This document shows positions 1-10,857 of a stretch of DNA of 64,000 bases, piece by piece (position 1 is the stretch's first letter; each line of letters begins with the position of its first letter). Below the pieces are notes generated by a model. The model was not told where the DNA came from. It saw only the letters and a list, made by a program, of their open reading frames with translations, and ran no database searches. Location of the stretch: contig OY762463.1 in assembly GCA_963665815.1 (NCBI GenBank), positions 2,944,001 through 3,008,000 of the forward strand, given 5' to 3'. Origin of the DNA: Candidatus Cloacimonadales bacterium (lineage in GTDB: Bacteria; Cloacimonadota; Cloacimonadia; Cloacimonadales; JAIOQZ01). Both the position numbers and the translations under genes were made by a program.

Positions 1-1
1 T

Positions 2-643
2 GTTGCTTTACCGCATGCCCGAAGTATCCATGTTGAAAGACTTTTCATGCAGATTGTTGTGTTTAATGATGGCTTTGATTATGGGAATCCTGACCTTGGA
101 GATATACGAGTAGTTTTCTTTTTCGGATCTCCGGATAATAGTAATAAAGAGTATCTCCAGCTTATCGCAAAATCTTCAAGATTACTGAGGAATCAGGAAT
201 TCAGAGATGGCATTATTAATGCCCGGAAACCTGAAGATATCATGTCGATACTAAACAAACATGATGTCGATGAAGCAAAGGACAGAAAACTAGAATTCTA
301 TACTATGAAAGTAATTGTTCATGATGAAGATGTGTCAGATGATGTATTATCTGCTCTGGCAGAACTTGGTATTACAAACGGAACAATTTCCGAGTGTACA
401 TCTGTTGCTCGAAAGATTGCGTACGAAATCCCTGTATTTGCAGGTTTTAGTTATCTGAATGATGAAAAATCAACTAAGACATTTTGTATAGAATCAATCA
501 TAAATAACAAAGATATTGGGAAAAAACTGTATAATATACTTAAAGAAAATGATATTGATCTCAATAACCCGAATACAGGATATATTAAATTAACTCCTGT
601 AGAAGCAATAATTGGTAATATTGACGAGAATATTGATTTATGA
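2..643 (+). CDS. PTS EIIA (Ntr/Fru-type) domain protein with C-terminal P-II-like domain; 5' end lies outside the window
   Basis: The frame is open from base 2 and reads VALPHARS, the EIIA phospho-His motif, then an EIIA-like tail (YLQLIAKSSRLL). The C-terminal ~110 aa (MKVIVHDED..DVLSALAELGITNGT..GYIKLTPVEAIIG) resemble the P-II fold pattern. Confidence 0.7.
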   Translation, partial: VALPHARSIHVERLFMQIVVFNDGFDYGNPDLGDIRVVFFFGSPDNSNKEYLQLIAKSSRLLRNQEFRDGIINARKPEDIMSILNKHDVDEAKDRKLEFYTMKVIVHDEDVSDDVLSALAELGITNGTISECTSVARKIAYEIPVFAGFSYLNDEKSTKTFCIESIINNKDIGKKLYNILKENDIDLNNPNTGYIKLTPVEAIIGNIDENIDL

Positions 644-1206
644 GAAAAAAGATACATATCATGAGACACGCACATTCGTCTCATCTTGTGAGTGGTTTTA
701 AAGGTATAATGAATGTCAGAGATTATTTTATAAGGCAGAATTCCTGGCAATATGCCGAGTTTACCGAGAAAGGTAAGAGACAAATGGATGAGGTTGTTAA
801 AAAGGTGAAAATCAACTTCAATACCGTTTTTTCCAGCCCTGTTAAAAGATGTATAGAAACTGCAAAATACTTCAAGGAAGAAAGCGAGATAATTATTGAT
901 AAAAGACTTATTGAGGTACAAGCTGATCAGATGACAGCTCCCGGTTTTTTTAAGATGTCCCCAAGAGCATGGATCATTTATTTCTCTTTTGTGACGTTAT
1001 TCAGAAAAAGAGTAATTGATATCCTGAGAGAAACAAAAGAAATGATGTTTCAACTGGCAGGATGTAATGGACCAGTACTGGCAGTAAGTCATGAATTCAG
1101 AATGATAATTTTTTATCTTATCGCAAAAATCCACCCCAGATGGAAAGTTATTAAAAAAGATTTTTCCACAACAGGATTTCTCATTCTGGAATACAAAAAC
1201 AAATAA
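640..1206 (+). CDS. Histidine phosphatase (phosphoglycerate mutase-like) family protein
   Basis: IMRHAHS (RHG-like motif), FSSPVKRCIETA, RLIE and VLAVSH motifs. ATGA overlap with the upstream gene. Confidence 0.75.
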   Translation: MRKKIHIMRHAHSSHLVSGFKGIMNVRDYFIRQNSWQYAEFTEKGKRQMDEVVKKVKINFNTVFSSPVKRCIETAKYFKEESEIIIDKRLIEVQADQMTAPGFFKMSPRAWIIYFSFVTLFRKRVIDILRETKEMMFQLAGCNGPVLAVSHEFRMIIFYLIAKIHPRWKVIKKDFSTTGFLILEYKNK

Positions 1207-1262
1207 TGATTGACAAGTACAGATAAAATTTGCTTCTTCATGTATTTAGAAAGGAGTGTAAC

Positions 1263-1553
1263 ATGAAAGCCAAAAAAGAAAATGTGAAAAGTAATCCGAT
1301 CTTATCAAATTTAATTGGCATGTCTTTTGATCTGGTCAAACATGTGATTAAAGACTTTGAGCAGGCTCGCAGTGTAAAGAAAATTGATAAGTTCAATGAA
1401 CAGTTTTCTACTATAGAGCACCTGCTGGTTAAGCTTGAATCTAAAGTTGATAAAAACCGCAAAGAAATTCATGATCTGAAAACAAAACTTCTTGTTTCGT
1501 CAGTGATTTCAATTGCACTTTCAATAACAATTCTGCTTCAGATTATTTTTTAA
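1263..1553 (+). CDS. Hypothetical coiled-coil protein with C-terminal transmembrane helix
   Basis: AAGGAG RBS before the ATG at 1263, heptad-like charged region, hydrophobic C-terminus. Confidence 0.6.
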   Translation: MKAKKENVKSNPILSNLIGMSFDLVKHVIKDFEQARSVKKIDKFNEQFSTIEHLLVKLESKVDKNRKEIHDLKTKLLVSSVISIALSITILLQIIF

Positions 1554-1562
1554 GAGCATTGT

Positions 1563-4271
1563 ATGAACAGACTGATTCTGATCGATGGAACGGCAATAAT
1601 CTACAGATCCTATTACGCATTTATAAAACGCCCTCTGATTAACAGCAAAGGAATGAATACAAGTGCCGTTTATGGAACTATAAACACTTTTATTAAGCTT
1701 GTTTCAGACTTTTCGGCAGATAATGTTGTAATATCCTTCGATCGGAAAGAGCCTACATTCAGGCATAAAATGTACAAAGAGTACAAGGCTAACAGACCTC
1801 CCATGCCGGATGATCTTGTAAGTCAGCTTAAACCTGTATCTGATTTCTTCAGGGAAATTGATGTTCTGGAAATATCTATTCCCGGTTTCGAAGCCGATGA
1901 CATTATTGCTTCTCTTGCAGAGAAATATAAGAATGACTTCGAAATCCTGATGGTAACAGGTGATAAGGATTATTTACAGCTTCTTGATGATAATGTTTCA
2001 ATTTTCGATCCGTTTAAAAGTAATATTAAGGATTTGGAATATCTTCAGGAAAAATATGAGATTAAAAGCGACCAGTTTATAGATTTTCTGGCAATTACAG
2101 GTGATACAGCCGATAACGTGCCCGGGATTAAGGGAATAGGTGAGAAGGGCGCATTAAAACTCCTTCATGAATATGGAACTCTCGAAAACATCTATGAGAA
2201 TATAGATAACATCAAATCCAAGTCTATTGTCAAGAAACTTGAGGAATCCAGAGAAAATGCTTTTCTGTCCAAAGACCTTGTCAGAATAGACAGACATGTT
2301 CCATTAAACATTAAGGATGATAAACAAGTTGAGTTTGACAGAAAGAAGCTGATGAATGCTGTTCCGTTTTTGGAAGAGTACGAAATATCCTCGCTTGTTA
2401 AAAGAATAAGAAGTGTTGTTCCTGAAGAATCTTTGTTTGAAATGATGGGAGTTCAGGAAGAAAATGGATCTGACACAATTAAGCTTGAATATGAACTTAT
2501 TGAAAACAACTCCGAGTTTGATGAACTTGTTCAGATTCTGAGGAAACACGATAAGGTTGCAATTGACACGGAAACAACCTCTGTGCATCCTGTTGAAGCT
2601 GAGATTGTAGGTATATCGGTATCAACAGACTCATGTGGATATTACATACCGTTGAGTCATAAAATGTATGTGAATCTTGATAAGGGTTATGTAATTGAGT
2701 CTTTGAGAAAAAACCTGAAAGGCAAAATGCTTATTGGTCATAACATCAAGTATGATATGCAGATTTTTGAGAAATATGGATGGGTAATAGATAACAAAAT
2801 TTTTGATACGATGATAGCATCTTATCTTATTGATCCACAACTGATGCAGCATAACATGGATAAGTGTGCTGAACGTGAACTGAATTATGAAACTGTTCCG
2901 ATCAGTAATCTTATAGGTAAAGGAAAAAAGCAGATTACATTTGATCTTGTTGATGTTCCAACTGCTGCAAAGTATGCTGCAGAAGATGCCTTTGTAACAT
3001 ATAAACTGTATGAAGTCTATAACAGACGTCTTAAAGAACTTGAACTGGTTGAACTTTTTGAAAATATTGAGATACCACTTGTAGAAGTTCTTAAATCCAT
3101 GGAAAATACAGGGGTATTCGTATCAGAAGAAATTCTTGGAAATCTTTCTAAAGAAGCCGGAGCAAGATTGTCCGAATTGACAAAGTGGATATATGATAAA
3201 GCAGGTTATCCATTCAACATCAATTCTACTCAGCAATTAGCAAAACTTCTCTTTGATGAAATGAAGATTCCTCCTGTCAAGAAAACGAAAACAGGTTATT
3301 CTACAGATAACTCTGTATTGGAAAAACTTGCTGAAAACTACGAAATTGCTGAAAAACTCATTGAATACAGAATGCTCAATAAACTGGAATCAACATACAT
3401 AAAAGCATTACCAAAGTTGATCTCAGGCAGAACTGGCAGAGTCCACAGCTCATTTAATCAAACTGTTGCTTCAACAGGTAGACTGAGCAGCTCAAATCCT
3501 AATTTGCAGAATATCCCTATTCGCTCAGAGTTCGGAAGACGTATCAGAAATGCTTTTACTGTATCTGATTCTGATTATGTAATTCTGGCAGCAGATTATT
3601 CTCAGGTAGAACTTCGTGTAATGGCTTTACTCTCCGGTGATGAAAATCTCATTTCTGCTTTCCGTAATAACGAAGATATTCACACTCAAACAGCTTCTCT
3701 GGTATTCAATGTGACTAAAGAAGAAGTTACTTCCGGTCAGAGAGCTCAGGCAAAGGCAGTCAATTTTGGTATTATCTATGGAATGGGATACGTAAGACTT
3801 TCTCAGGAGCTGGGAATCAGCAGAAATGATGCAAAGGCATTTATCGAAAATTATTTTGCGAAATTTTCGGCAATCAAAGAATATATGGATAGGCAGACAG
3901 AATTTGTGAAGTCTAACGGTTATACATCAACACTATTCGGAAGAAAGTTGTATCTACCCGGTATAAACAGCACTGATAACAGAACAGCCGGAGATGCAGC
4001 ACGAGTGGCTATAAATATGCCGATTCAAGGAACGGCTGCTGATATTATCAAACTTGCTATGATAAATATTCACGATCAAATTATAGATAATCCTTGTATT
4101 AAAATGATTCTTCAGGTTCACGATGAGTTAGTTTTTGAAGTTCATAAAGATAAGCTTGAAGAAGCAAAATCTCTAATTAAAACTGCCATGGAGAATGTTG
4201 AGATACCAAATTCTTCAGTACCCTTCAAAGTAGACATTGGGACAGGTGTAAACTGGTTTGATGCTCATTAG
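1563..4271 (+). CDS. polA: DNA polymerase I
   Basis: 5'-3' exonuclease (LIDG..YRSYYA, GFEADD, GDTADNVPGI), 3'-5' exonuclease (AIDTET, YAAEDA), polymerase motifs (TGRLSSSNPNLQNIP, ADYSQVELR, QVHDELVFE). Confidence 0.98.
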   Translation: MNRLILIDGTAIIYRSYYAFIKRPLINSKGMNTSAVYGTINTFIKLVSDFSADNVVISFDRKEPTFRHKMYKEYKANRPPMPDDLVSQLKPVSDFFREIDVLEISIPGFEADDIIASLAEKYKNDFEILMVTGDKDYLQLLDDNVSIFDPFKSNIKDLEYLQEKYEIKSDQFIDFLAITGDTADNVPGIKGIGEKGALKLLHEYGTLENIYENIDNIKSKSIVKKLEESRENAFLSKDLVRIDRHVPLNIKDDKQVEFDRKKLMNAVPFLEEYEISSLVKRIRSVVPEESLFEMMGVQEENGSDTIKLEYELIENNSEFDELVQILRKHDKVAIDTETTSVHPVEAEIVGISVSTDSCGYYIPLSHKMYVNLDKGYVIESLRKNLKGKMLIGHNIKYDMQIFEKYGWVIDNKIFDTMIASYLIDPQLMQHNMDKCAERELNYETVPISNLIGKGKKQITFDLVDVPTAAKYAAEDAFVTYKLYEVYNRRLKELELVELFENIEIPLVEVLKSMENTGVFVSEEILGNLSKEAGARLSELTKWIYDKAGYPFNINSTQQLAKLLFDEMKIPPVKKTKTGYSTDNSVLEKLAENYEIAEKLIEYRMLNKLESTYIKALPKLISGRTGRVHSSFNQTVASTGRLSSSNPNLQNIPIRSEFGRRIRNAFTVSDSDYVILAADYSQVELRVMALLSGDENLISAFRNNEDIHTQTASLVFNVTKEEVTSGQRAQAKAVNFGIIYGMGYVRLSQELGISRNDAKAFIENYFAKFSAIKEYMDRQTEFVKSNGYTSTLFGRKLYLPGINSTDNRTAGDAARVAINMPIQGTAADIIKLAMINIHDQIIDNPCIKMILQVHDELVFEVHKDKLEEAKSLIKTAMENVEIPNSSVPFKVDIGTGVNWFDAH

Positions 4272-4552
4272 TATTAAGAGAGTCAATAAATTACAAACTA
4301 TCAATGAAATACTTTCATTATCAAAAAAATATTATAAGGGTCTAATCATAAAGGACATTTGCTTTTGAATATACTTTCCTTTAAATACGTTACATACCCT
4401 AAACTATTAATAAACAAATACTTAACAAATAATTAACACAAAAAAAAATAACAAAAGAGTTTGACATTTTATAGTCTATTCTGCCAAATTAAATGCTGCT
4501 TAAAAAAGCATAGTTTACGAAAATATAAAAAAATCTTAAAAAGGAGTTACTG

Positions 4553-7500
4553 ATGAAAGGAAAAGTAAGTGTTTTTACTTTGTTTCTCATCTGCATGATG
4601 GTAAGCAGTTTATTTGCAACAGACCATTTTGTGGAAAGCTTTGAGAATCCTGATTCCTGGAGTAGTTATACTACAGGTACTGTTACGTTTGACAGTGGTC
4701 CATGGGAATTTGTTTCTGTTTATCCGGAAGCATCTTCAAACTCATATGATGGAGTCAAAGCATGTCGTATTAATGATGATACAGCCGGAGCTTCAATTAC
4801 TGCTCCAGCAGTAAACACAGCCGGAACAATATCATTTTACTATCACAGACCATTTACAGGAACAGGTAGTTTCATACTTCAGAAATCAACTGATGGCGGA
4901 ACAACATTCGTTGATCTTGATACAGTAAATTTTGATAATGTAACAACACCAACTTACTATAGTTACAACGTTAATGACATGAGCTCAAGTGTTATTCTTA
5001 AAATATTGAATGATGATAATACTGCTCATTTAGCAATTGATTATGTTACCGTTACCGATTTCAGTGGCGTAGCTGATCCAGTAGCAAATCTCAGTCTCAG
5101 TGCTAACACCGGTACTGAAGCTGACCAGACTGTAATAACTGTTACAGCTACTACAGACATGGCTGTTACCGGAGATAAAACTGTTGATGTAGTTGTTTCC
5201 GGAGCAGGTATTGACGGAGACGATTACGTACTTTCCAATACAGTTCTTACAATTGCTGATGGAACTACTTCAGGTAACGTCACTTTTACAGTAAGTGATG
5301 ATACAGTCTATGAAGGTGATGAAACTGCAACAATCTCAATCACAAATCCTTCTGCAGGTTTAAGTCTTGGTACAACAACCTCAGATGATGTTGCAATTGT
5401 TGATAATGACACTCCTTCTATTCCTTTGACAGAAGATTTCGAATCAAACTCACTTGGAGTATTCACAGCATACAGCTCTGCTTCCGATAGAGACTGGTAC
5501 ACCGATGTATACAATAGCAACTACTTTGCAAAAATTAGTGGTTTCGGTGGGAACGAAGACTCAGACGACTGGATGATTTCACCTGTTCTTGATCTTTCCG
5601 CTGCTACAGCTCCACAGATAACATTTGATAATACTTTTAATTATGATGGTCCGGATCTTGAACTTGTAGTTTCTACAGATTACGATGGTGTATCCGATCC
5701 TGCAACTCAGGGAACATGGACATCACTCACTTATACATTGTCAACTGGTGACTGGGTATGGGCATCTTCAGGAGCAGTAGATCTTACTCCTTATATCAGC
5801 AGTGCGACTTATGTGGCATTTCATTATACTTCAGATGCAACAGGTGCTAAAACCTGGGAAATTGATAACATTGTAATTGAAGAAGCTCCTGCACTTCCTG
5901 TTGTTACACTCAGCTTAGGTGATAATGCAGGTACAGAAGCAGACCAGACAGTTATTACTGTTACAGCGGTTGCAAATGCAGCTGTTTCCGGTGCACAAAC
6001 TGTTGACTTGGCAGTTTCCGGTACAGGAATTGATGGAAACGATTATGTCCTTTCTAATACAACAATTACAATTGCAGACGGTACAACTTCAGGTAGCGTT
6101 ACATTCACAATAAGTGATGATGCTGATTATGAAGGAACGGAAACAGCTACACTTACAATTTCAAATCCTTCAGCAGGAATCGTTCTTGGAACACCTGACT
6201 CAGATACAATTGCAATAACAGATAATGATGTGTTTGTTGCAACATTACCTTTTGTCGAAGATTTTGAATCTCAGACACTTGGTGTATTTACAGCATACAG
6301 TGCTGCAAGTAACAGAGACTGGGGTCCTGCATCATACAATAACAACTACTATGCATATGTAAATGGATATGGTGGAGATGCTCCTTCAAATGACTGGTTG
6401 ATTTCTCCTGTATTCGATCTTTCTACAACAGCTGCCCCATATGTAATGTTCGATAATGCTAAAAACTATAATGGTCCGGATTTAGAAATTAAGGTTTCTA
6501 CTGACTACGATGGTAGTTCTGATCCTACAACACAAGGTACCTGGACAACTCTTACCTACAATATGTCCGGTGGAAGCTGGGCTTGGGTATCATCAGGAGT
6601 AATAGATCTTTCTTCATATATCAGTACAACAACCTATGTTGCATTCCATTACACATCAGATGCTGGTGCGTCTGCCTGGGAAATTGATAATATTGTTGTG
6701 GAAGACATGGGTAACTTACCTGTTGTTGAATTATCAATAGATGTTGAAACCGGTTTTGAAAATGTTGGAACAGTTGTAACTTGTACAGCAACTGCCAGCG
6801 ATCCAGTATCCGGAGCACAGACAGTGACAATCGGATTCAGTGGAACAAACATTGATGCTAATGACGGTTCACTCTCAAATACAACAATTACTATTGCTGA
6901 TGGTGCTACTACAGGTAGTGTAACATATACAATACTTAATGACACAGATCTTGAAGGAACTGAATATGCTGTTCTCACAATTTCTAATGCTTCAGCAGGA
7001 ATTACAATAGGTAATGCAGATTCTCAAACTGTAACAATAGTAGATAATGAAAGTGCTACAATTCCATATACAGAAACATTTGAGAATGATGATTTCGGTT
7101 ATTGGAGACCATATAGTGTTATTGGAGACCAGTCCTGGTATATAACTGGATCCGGAGCAGAAGGATCTTCTTTCTCTGCAAAGATGAATGGATATTCCGG
7201 TGGAACTCAGCTTAATGAAGACTGGTTGATTTCTCCTCCAATCGATTTCAATAGCTCTTCAAACGAAGAATTGCAATTCTACACAAGCTGGAGCTATGGA
7301 AACAACGATGCAACAGATTATCTTAAAGTAATGTACTCAACTGATTTCTCAGTTGAAATGAATCCTTCAACCGCAACATGGACTGAACTCACATTTGACT
7401 TTGCTGCATCGTCTGATACATGGCAGCAGACAACAGCAATTGATATCAGTACAATCGGCGGAACAGGTTATATCGCATTCAAATACAGATCAGAAACAGC

Positions 7501-10006
7501 AGCAAGAGGTTGGTTGATTGATAATATCGAGCTCAGAGAGCAAGTTATTATTCCTACACCTAATCCTGTTAACAATCTGGCGTATGGCAGCGAAACACAG
7601 AGCGATGTTAATATTACCTGGAACCAGCCTACCGGTGTTCACAATACAGATTGGTCTGGTGTAGTTGTATTTGTTTCAGATAACCAGTTTGAAAACATTC
7701 TTACTAATAACTCAATAGATAACTCAGCTTATTCAAGCAATCTTGCATATGGTACTGTAACTTCACAAATGCAGGCTGATGATGCAGGAAATTACGGTTA
7801 TTGTGTATATAATGGTAATACTGACGATGCAGGTAACATAACAGTTACAGGACTCAATGGTAATACAACATATTACGTTGCTGCTTATGCATATTACGAA
7901 AATGGAACAACTGACTCATGGTCATCATTATCTAATATCGCATTCACAACAACAGGTGTTGCTGATATCGCAAACTTTGATGTTCAGTATATCACATACG
8001 ACCATGTAAGCTTTACCTGGGATGCAATGACATCAGAATCTGTTGTTATAATTGCCAGTGAAAGCGGAGCAATCACTTCAGTTCCTTCTGTAGATCCTGC
8101 AACATTATCAGCAGGTTCCAATGTATTTGGTAACGGAACAGAATTAAATACAGGTGAATTTGTTGTATACAAGGGTACAACAAATCAGGCAACAATTACT
8201 TTAACATCTCAAAACAACTATTATTTCAAAGCATACACATATATTGGAACAACATGGGGTAACGGATTCGAATCAAACCCTTCATCTATTACACCGGAAC
8301 CACAACCTGTAACAAACTTTTCATCAGTTCCCGGAGACGGAGAAGTCACACTCAACTGGAATAACTACTCCGGATCATCTTCAGGTTGGTGGGATGGTGG
8401 AGTCGTTGTAGTAATGAACGCTGCAATGGCTGTAGATATCACAAAATCAGATCTTAACGGTTCAGGTTTCGGAAGTTCAGACTTCTCAGTTAACGATGAT
8501 TTATATGCAAATCACGGAATAGGAACTCAAGCTGGTAACATAGTTGTATACAAAGGTACAGCTGAAACTGCTACAATCACAGGTTTAACAAACTGGACAA
8601 ACTATCACTTTGCAATATTCACAAATGATGGTACAGCTTTAAGTCCAAGTTACTGGTCAGATGTTGAAGTTGCAGAAGAGACTCCGGAAGTTCCTGGATC
8701 AGATCTTGCAGCCGGTGATATTGCTATCACAGGTTACAATGCTGATACATACGATGACTTCTCATTTGTACTCTTAGAAGATGTATTGCCGAATACTCAA
8801 ATTCATTTCACTGATCATGGTTGGACAACTGCTGAAGCATTCCGTGCTTCTGAAAATGTTGTAACATGGAATAGTGGAACTTCTTCACTTAGTGCAGGAA
8901 CTCATATCAGAGTTTATGAAGATACATCAAATAACCCTCTAACAGATGTTGGAACAGTTTCAGGGGATTTACCTGCACTTTCATCATCTGGTGACCAGTT
9001 ATTCGCATTCCAGGGTGATGAAGCTACTCCAGTTCTTCTTGCCGGTCTTCAAATGAACGGTGCATGGGATGCAGAAGCTTCAAGTTCTAATACTTCTATT
9101 CTTCCTGCAGCACTTACTGAAGGACTCCATGCAATGGCAATTGATCCTGAAGTTGATAATGCTGTATACAACATGTCTGTTGTTTCAGGAACAAAAGAAC
9201 AACTGCTTGCAGCTATCTATAACCCGGCTAACTGGTTGACAGATAACAGCACAGCGTTCACTCTTCCTCCAACCGGAGCATTTGTACTTGCAGGACTTAA
9301 CACATATGCAAAAGCAAAAGTATTCCTTGCAGGTCCTTATAATACAACTACATCAAGCATGGATGATGTTCTTGATGTGAACAACTATCTTCCTCTGCAA
9401 TCTCCATACATTGATTCATTAACAATCACAAGTATGCCGGACAGCATTGTAGACTGGGTTTATGTTGAACTCAGAGATCAGATTGATAACATTGTTGAAG
9501 GTAAATCAATGCTTCTCAAAACTGATGGTACAGTTGTTGATGGTGATTACTCAGGTGATGATGACATTGACTTCATGAAATTCAACGCTGATGAAGGTGA
9601 TTACTATCTTGTAATTCATCACAGAAATCACATTGGAATTATGTCTTCAACAACAATCACAACTGTTACTTCTTCTGCTTCAGCAACAGTTTATAACTTC
9701 ACAACCAGCTCAGCTTCAGCTTATACAAGTGGTCCTGTTGCTATGAGTGAAGTTGAAACAGGTGTCTGGGCAATGACTGCCGGTGATGTTAATCATGACG
9801 GATCTATTCTCGTAAGTGATGCAACCATGTGGCAGGAAGCATTCAGTGCCGGAACTGCTGATGGATATCATAACGCAGATGTAAACATGGATGGATCAGT
9901 AATCGCAAGTGATAACACTATGTGGGTTGCTACATTCCAGGGTGGTGCTGCTGACTGTCAAATTCCTGCTGCGGAAGGTGACCAGTGGATGCCTACAGAA
10001 GAATAA
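4553..10006 (+). CDS. Large secreted multidomain protein: Calx-beta-like and choice-of-anchor-J/DUF5017-like repeats, FN3-like domains, C-terminal dockerin-like module
   Basis: Signal peptide. Three alternating repeats (..DDTVYEGDETATISITNPS..AIVDND and ..EDFES..DWMISPVLDLS..YVAFHYTS..WEIDNI). C-terminal GDVNHDGSI and ADVNMDGSV EF-hand-like pair. AAGGAG RBS. Confidence 0.75.
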   Translation: MKGKVSVFTLFLICMMVSSLFATDHFVESFENPDSWSSYTTGTVTFDSGPWEFVSVYPEASSNSYDGVKACRINDDTAGASITAPAVNTAGTISFYYHRPFTGTGSFILQKSTDGGTTFVDLDTVNFDNVTTPTYYSYNVNDMSSSVILKILNDDNTAHLAIDYVTVTDFSGVADPVANLSLSANTGTEADQTVITVTATTDMAVTGDKTVDVVVSGAGIDGDDYVLSNTVLTIADGTTSGNVTFTVSDDTVYEGDETATISITNPSAGLSLGTTTSDDVAIVDNDTPSIPLTEDFESNSLGVFTAYSSASDRDWYTDVYNSNYFAKISGFGGNEDSDDWMISPVLDLSAATAPQITFDNTFNYDGPDLELVVSTDYDGVSDPATQGTWTSLTYTLSTGDWVWASSGAVDLTPYISSATYVAFHYTSDATGAKTWEIDNIVIEEAPALPVVTLSLGDNAGTEADQTVITVTAVANAAVSGAQTVDLAVSGTGIDGNDYVLSNTTITIADGTTSGSVTFTISDDADYEGTETATLTISNPSAGIVLGTPDSDTIAITDNDVFVATLPFVEDFESQTLGVFTAYSAASNRDWGPASYNNNYYAYVNGYGGDAPSNDWLISPVFDLSTTAAPYVMFDNAKNYNGPDLEIKVSTDYDGSSDPTTQGTWTTLTYNMSGGSWAWVSSGVIDLSSYISTTTYVAFHYTSDAGASAWEIDNIVVEDMGNLPVVELSIDVETGFENVGTVVTCTATASDPVSGAQTVTIGFSGTNIDANDGSLSNTTITIADGATTGSVTYTILNDTDLEGTEYAVLTISNASAGITIGNADSQTVTIVDNESATIPYTETFENDDFGYWRPYSVIGDQSWYITGSGAEGSSFSAKMNGYSGGTQLNEDWLISPPIDFNSSSNEELQFYTSWSYGNNDATDYLKVMYSTDFSVEMNPSTATWTELTFDFAASSDTWQQTTAIDISTIGGTGYIAFKYRSETAARGWLIDNIELREQVIIPTPNPVNNLAYGSETQSDVNITWNQPTGVHNTDWSGVVVFVSDNQFENILTNNSIDNSAYSSNLAYGTVTSQMQADDAGNYGYCVYNGNTDDAGNITVTGLNGNTTYYVAAYAYYENGTTDSWSSLSNIAFTTTGVADIANFDVQYITYDHVSFTWDAMTSESVVIIASESGAITSVPSVDPATLSAGSNVFGNGTELNTGEFVVYKGTTNQATITLTSQNNYYFKAYTYIGTTWGNGFESNPSSITPEPQPVTNFSSVPGDGEVTLNWNNYSGSSSGWWDGGVVVVMNAAMAVDITKSDLNGSGFGSSDFSVNDDLYANHGIGTQAGNIVVYKGTAETATITGLTNWTNYHFAIFTNDGTALSPSYWSDVEVAEETPEVPGSDLAAGDIAITGYNADTYDDFSFVLLEDVLPNTQIHFTDHGWTTAEAFRASENVVTWNSGTSSLSAGTHIRVYEDTSNNPLTDVGTVSGDLPALSSSGDQLFAFQGDEATPVLLAGLQMNGAWDAEASSSNTSILPAALTEGLHAMAIDPEVDNAVYNMSVVSGTKEQLLAAIYNPANWLTDNSTAFTLPPTGAFVLAGLNTYAKAKVFLAGPYNTTTSSMDDVLDVNNYLPLQSPYIDSLTITSMPDSIVDWVYVELRDQIDNIVEGKSMLLKTDGTVVDGDYSGDDDIDFMKFNADEGDYYLVIHHRNHIGIMSSTTITTVTSSASATVYNFTTSSASAYTSGPVAMSEVETGVWAMTAGDVNHDGSILVSDATMWQEAFSAGTADGYHNADVNMDGSVIASDNTMWVATFQGGAADCQIPAAEGDQWMPTEE

Positions 10007-10028
10007 TCAATTCTTAATCTGATATATT

Positions 10029-10057
10029 GGCTGTCGGTTTCCGACAGCCTTTTTTTT
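10029..10057 (+). terminator. Rho-independent terminator
   Basis: GGCTGTCGG-TTT-CCGACAGCC stem followed by a T-tract, just after the 4553-10006 gene. Confidence 0.85.
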
Positions 10058-10120
10058 GTTATGCTGATATTGATTTTCTTGACACAAATCGAATTACTCT
10101 TATACTTTATTTAACAAACT

Positions 10121-10197
10121 GAGATCTTTGCATAATTGGACAGTCCCTCTATTTTTTTAATCAAAGCTGTTTGATTCTGTTGTTATGCAAAGCTTTT
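10121..10197 (+). mobile_element. MITE family A, short copy
   Basis: Ends GAGATCTTTGCATAA ... TTATGCAAAGCTTTT, flanked by the 5-bp direct repeat AAACT (10116-10120 and 10198-10202). Confidence 0.7.
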
Positions 10198-10216
10198 AAA
10201 CTATACAGGAGAGATT

Positions 10217-10756
10217 ATGAGAAAAGACACATTTCCAATTTACGATAGAATTTCATTTATTCTTGAGAAGCTTAAACGAGGAATACTTCTGACAACGAAG
10301 CATGATGGAAAAGTTAACACAATGTCAATTGGCTGGGGGCAAATCGGAATTGAATGGAACAGACTTTTTTTTGTAGCCCTGGTAAGAAAAGGTCGGTATA
10401 CACATGAAATGCTGGAGAAAAATGGTGAGTTCACAATCAATGTACCACTGCATGATGATTGTAACGATATCATTGGATATTGTGGATCTCACAGTGGAAG
10501 AGATACAGACAAAATTAAAGACCTGAATCTTACATTGGAAGACAGTTTGATTGTGAGTGTCCCCGGAATCGTTGAACTTCCGCTTACTCTGGAGTGTACT
10601 GTGCTTTACAAACAGGATCAGGATTTAAGTCTGCTGCCGGAACACCTCAGAAATCAGTTTTATCCTCAGGATAAAGGCAGTGCAGAATCAGGATCAAACC
10701 AAAACCTGCATACAATGTTTTATGGTGAAATAGAGAAATACTATGTTCTGGAATAG
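10217..10756 (+). CDS. Flavin reductase (DIM6/NTAB) family protein
   Basis: VNTMSIGWG, VRKGRYTHEML, FTINVP, YCGSHSGRDTDKI, LEC and HTMFYGEI motifs. Confidence 0.85.
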   Translation: MRKDTFPIYDRISFILEKLKRGILLTTKHDGKVNTMSIGWGQIGIEWNRLFFVALVRKGRYTHEMLEKNGEFTINVPLHDDCNDIIGYCGSHSGRDTDKIKDLNLTLEDSLIVSVPGIVELPLTLECTVLYKQDQDLSLLPEHLRNQFYPQDKGSAESGSNQNLHTMFYGEIEKYYVLE

Positions 10757-10857
10757 TCTGAATGCAAAGAAAATATTATACATCTCCAGCCTGTAAAGCA
10801 CTGCTTAATGAGATAAGCTTTTCGACGCCAAGCGTCGCCAAAACGCTCTGCGTGTTG

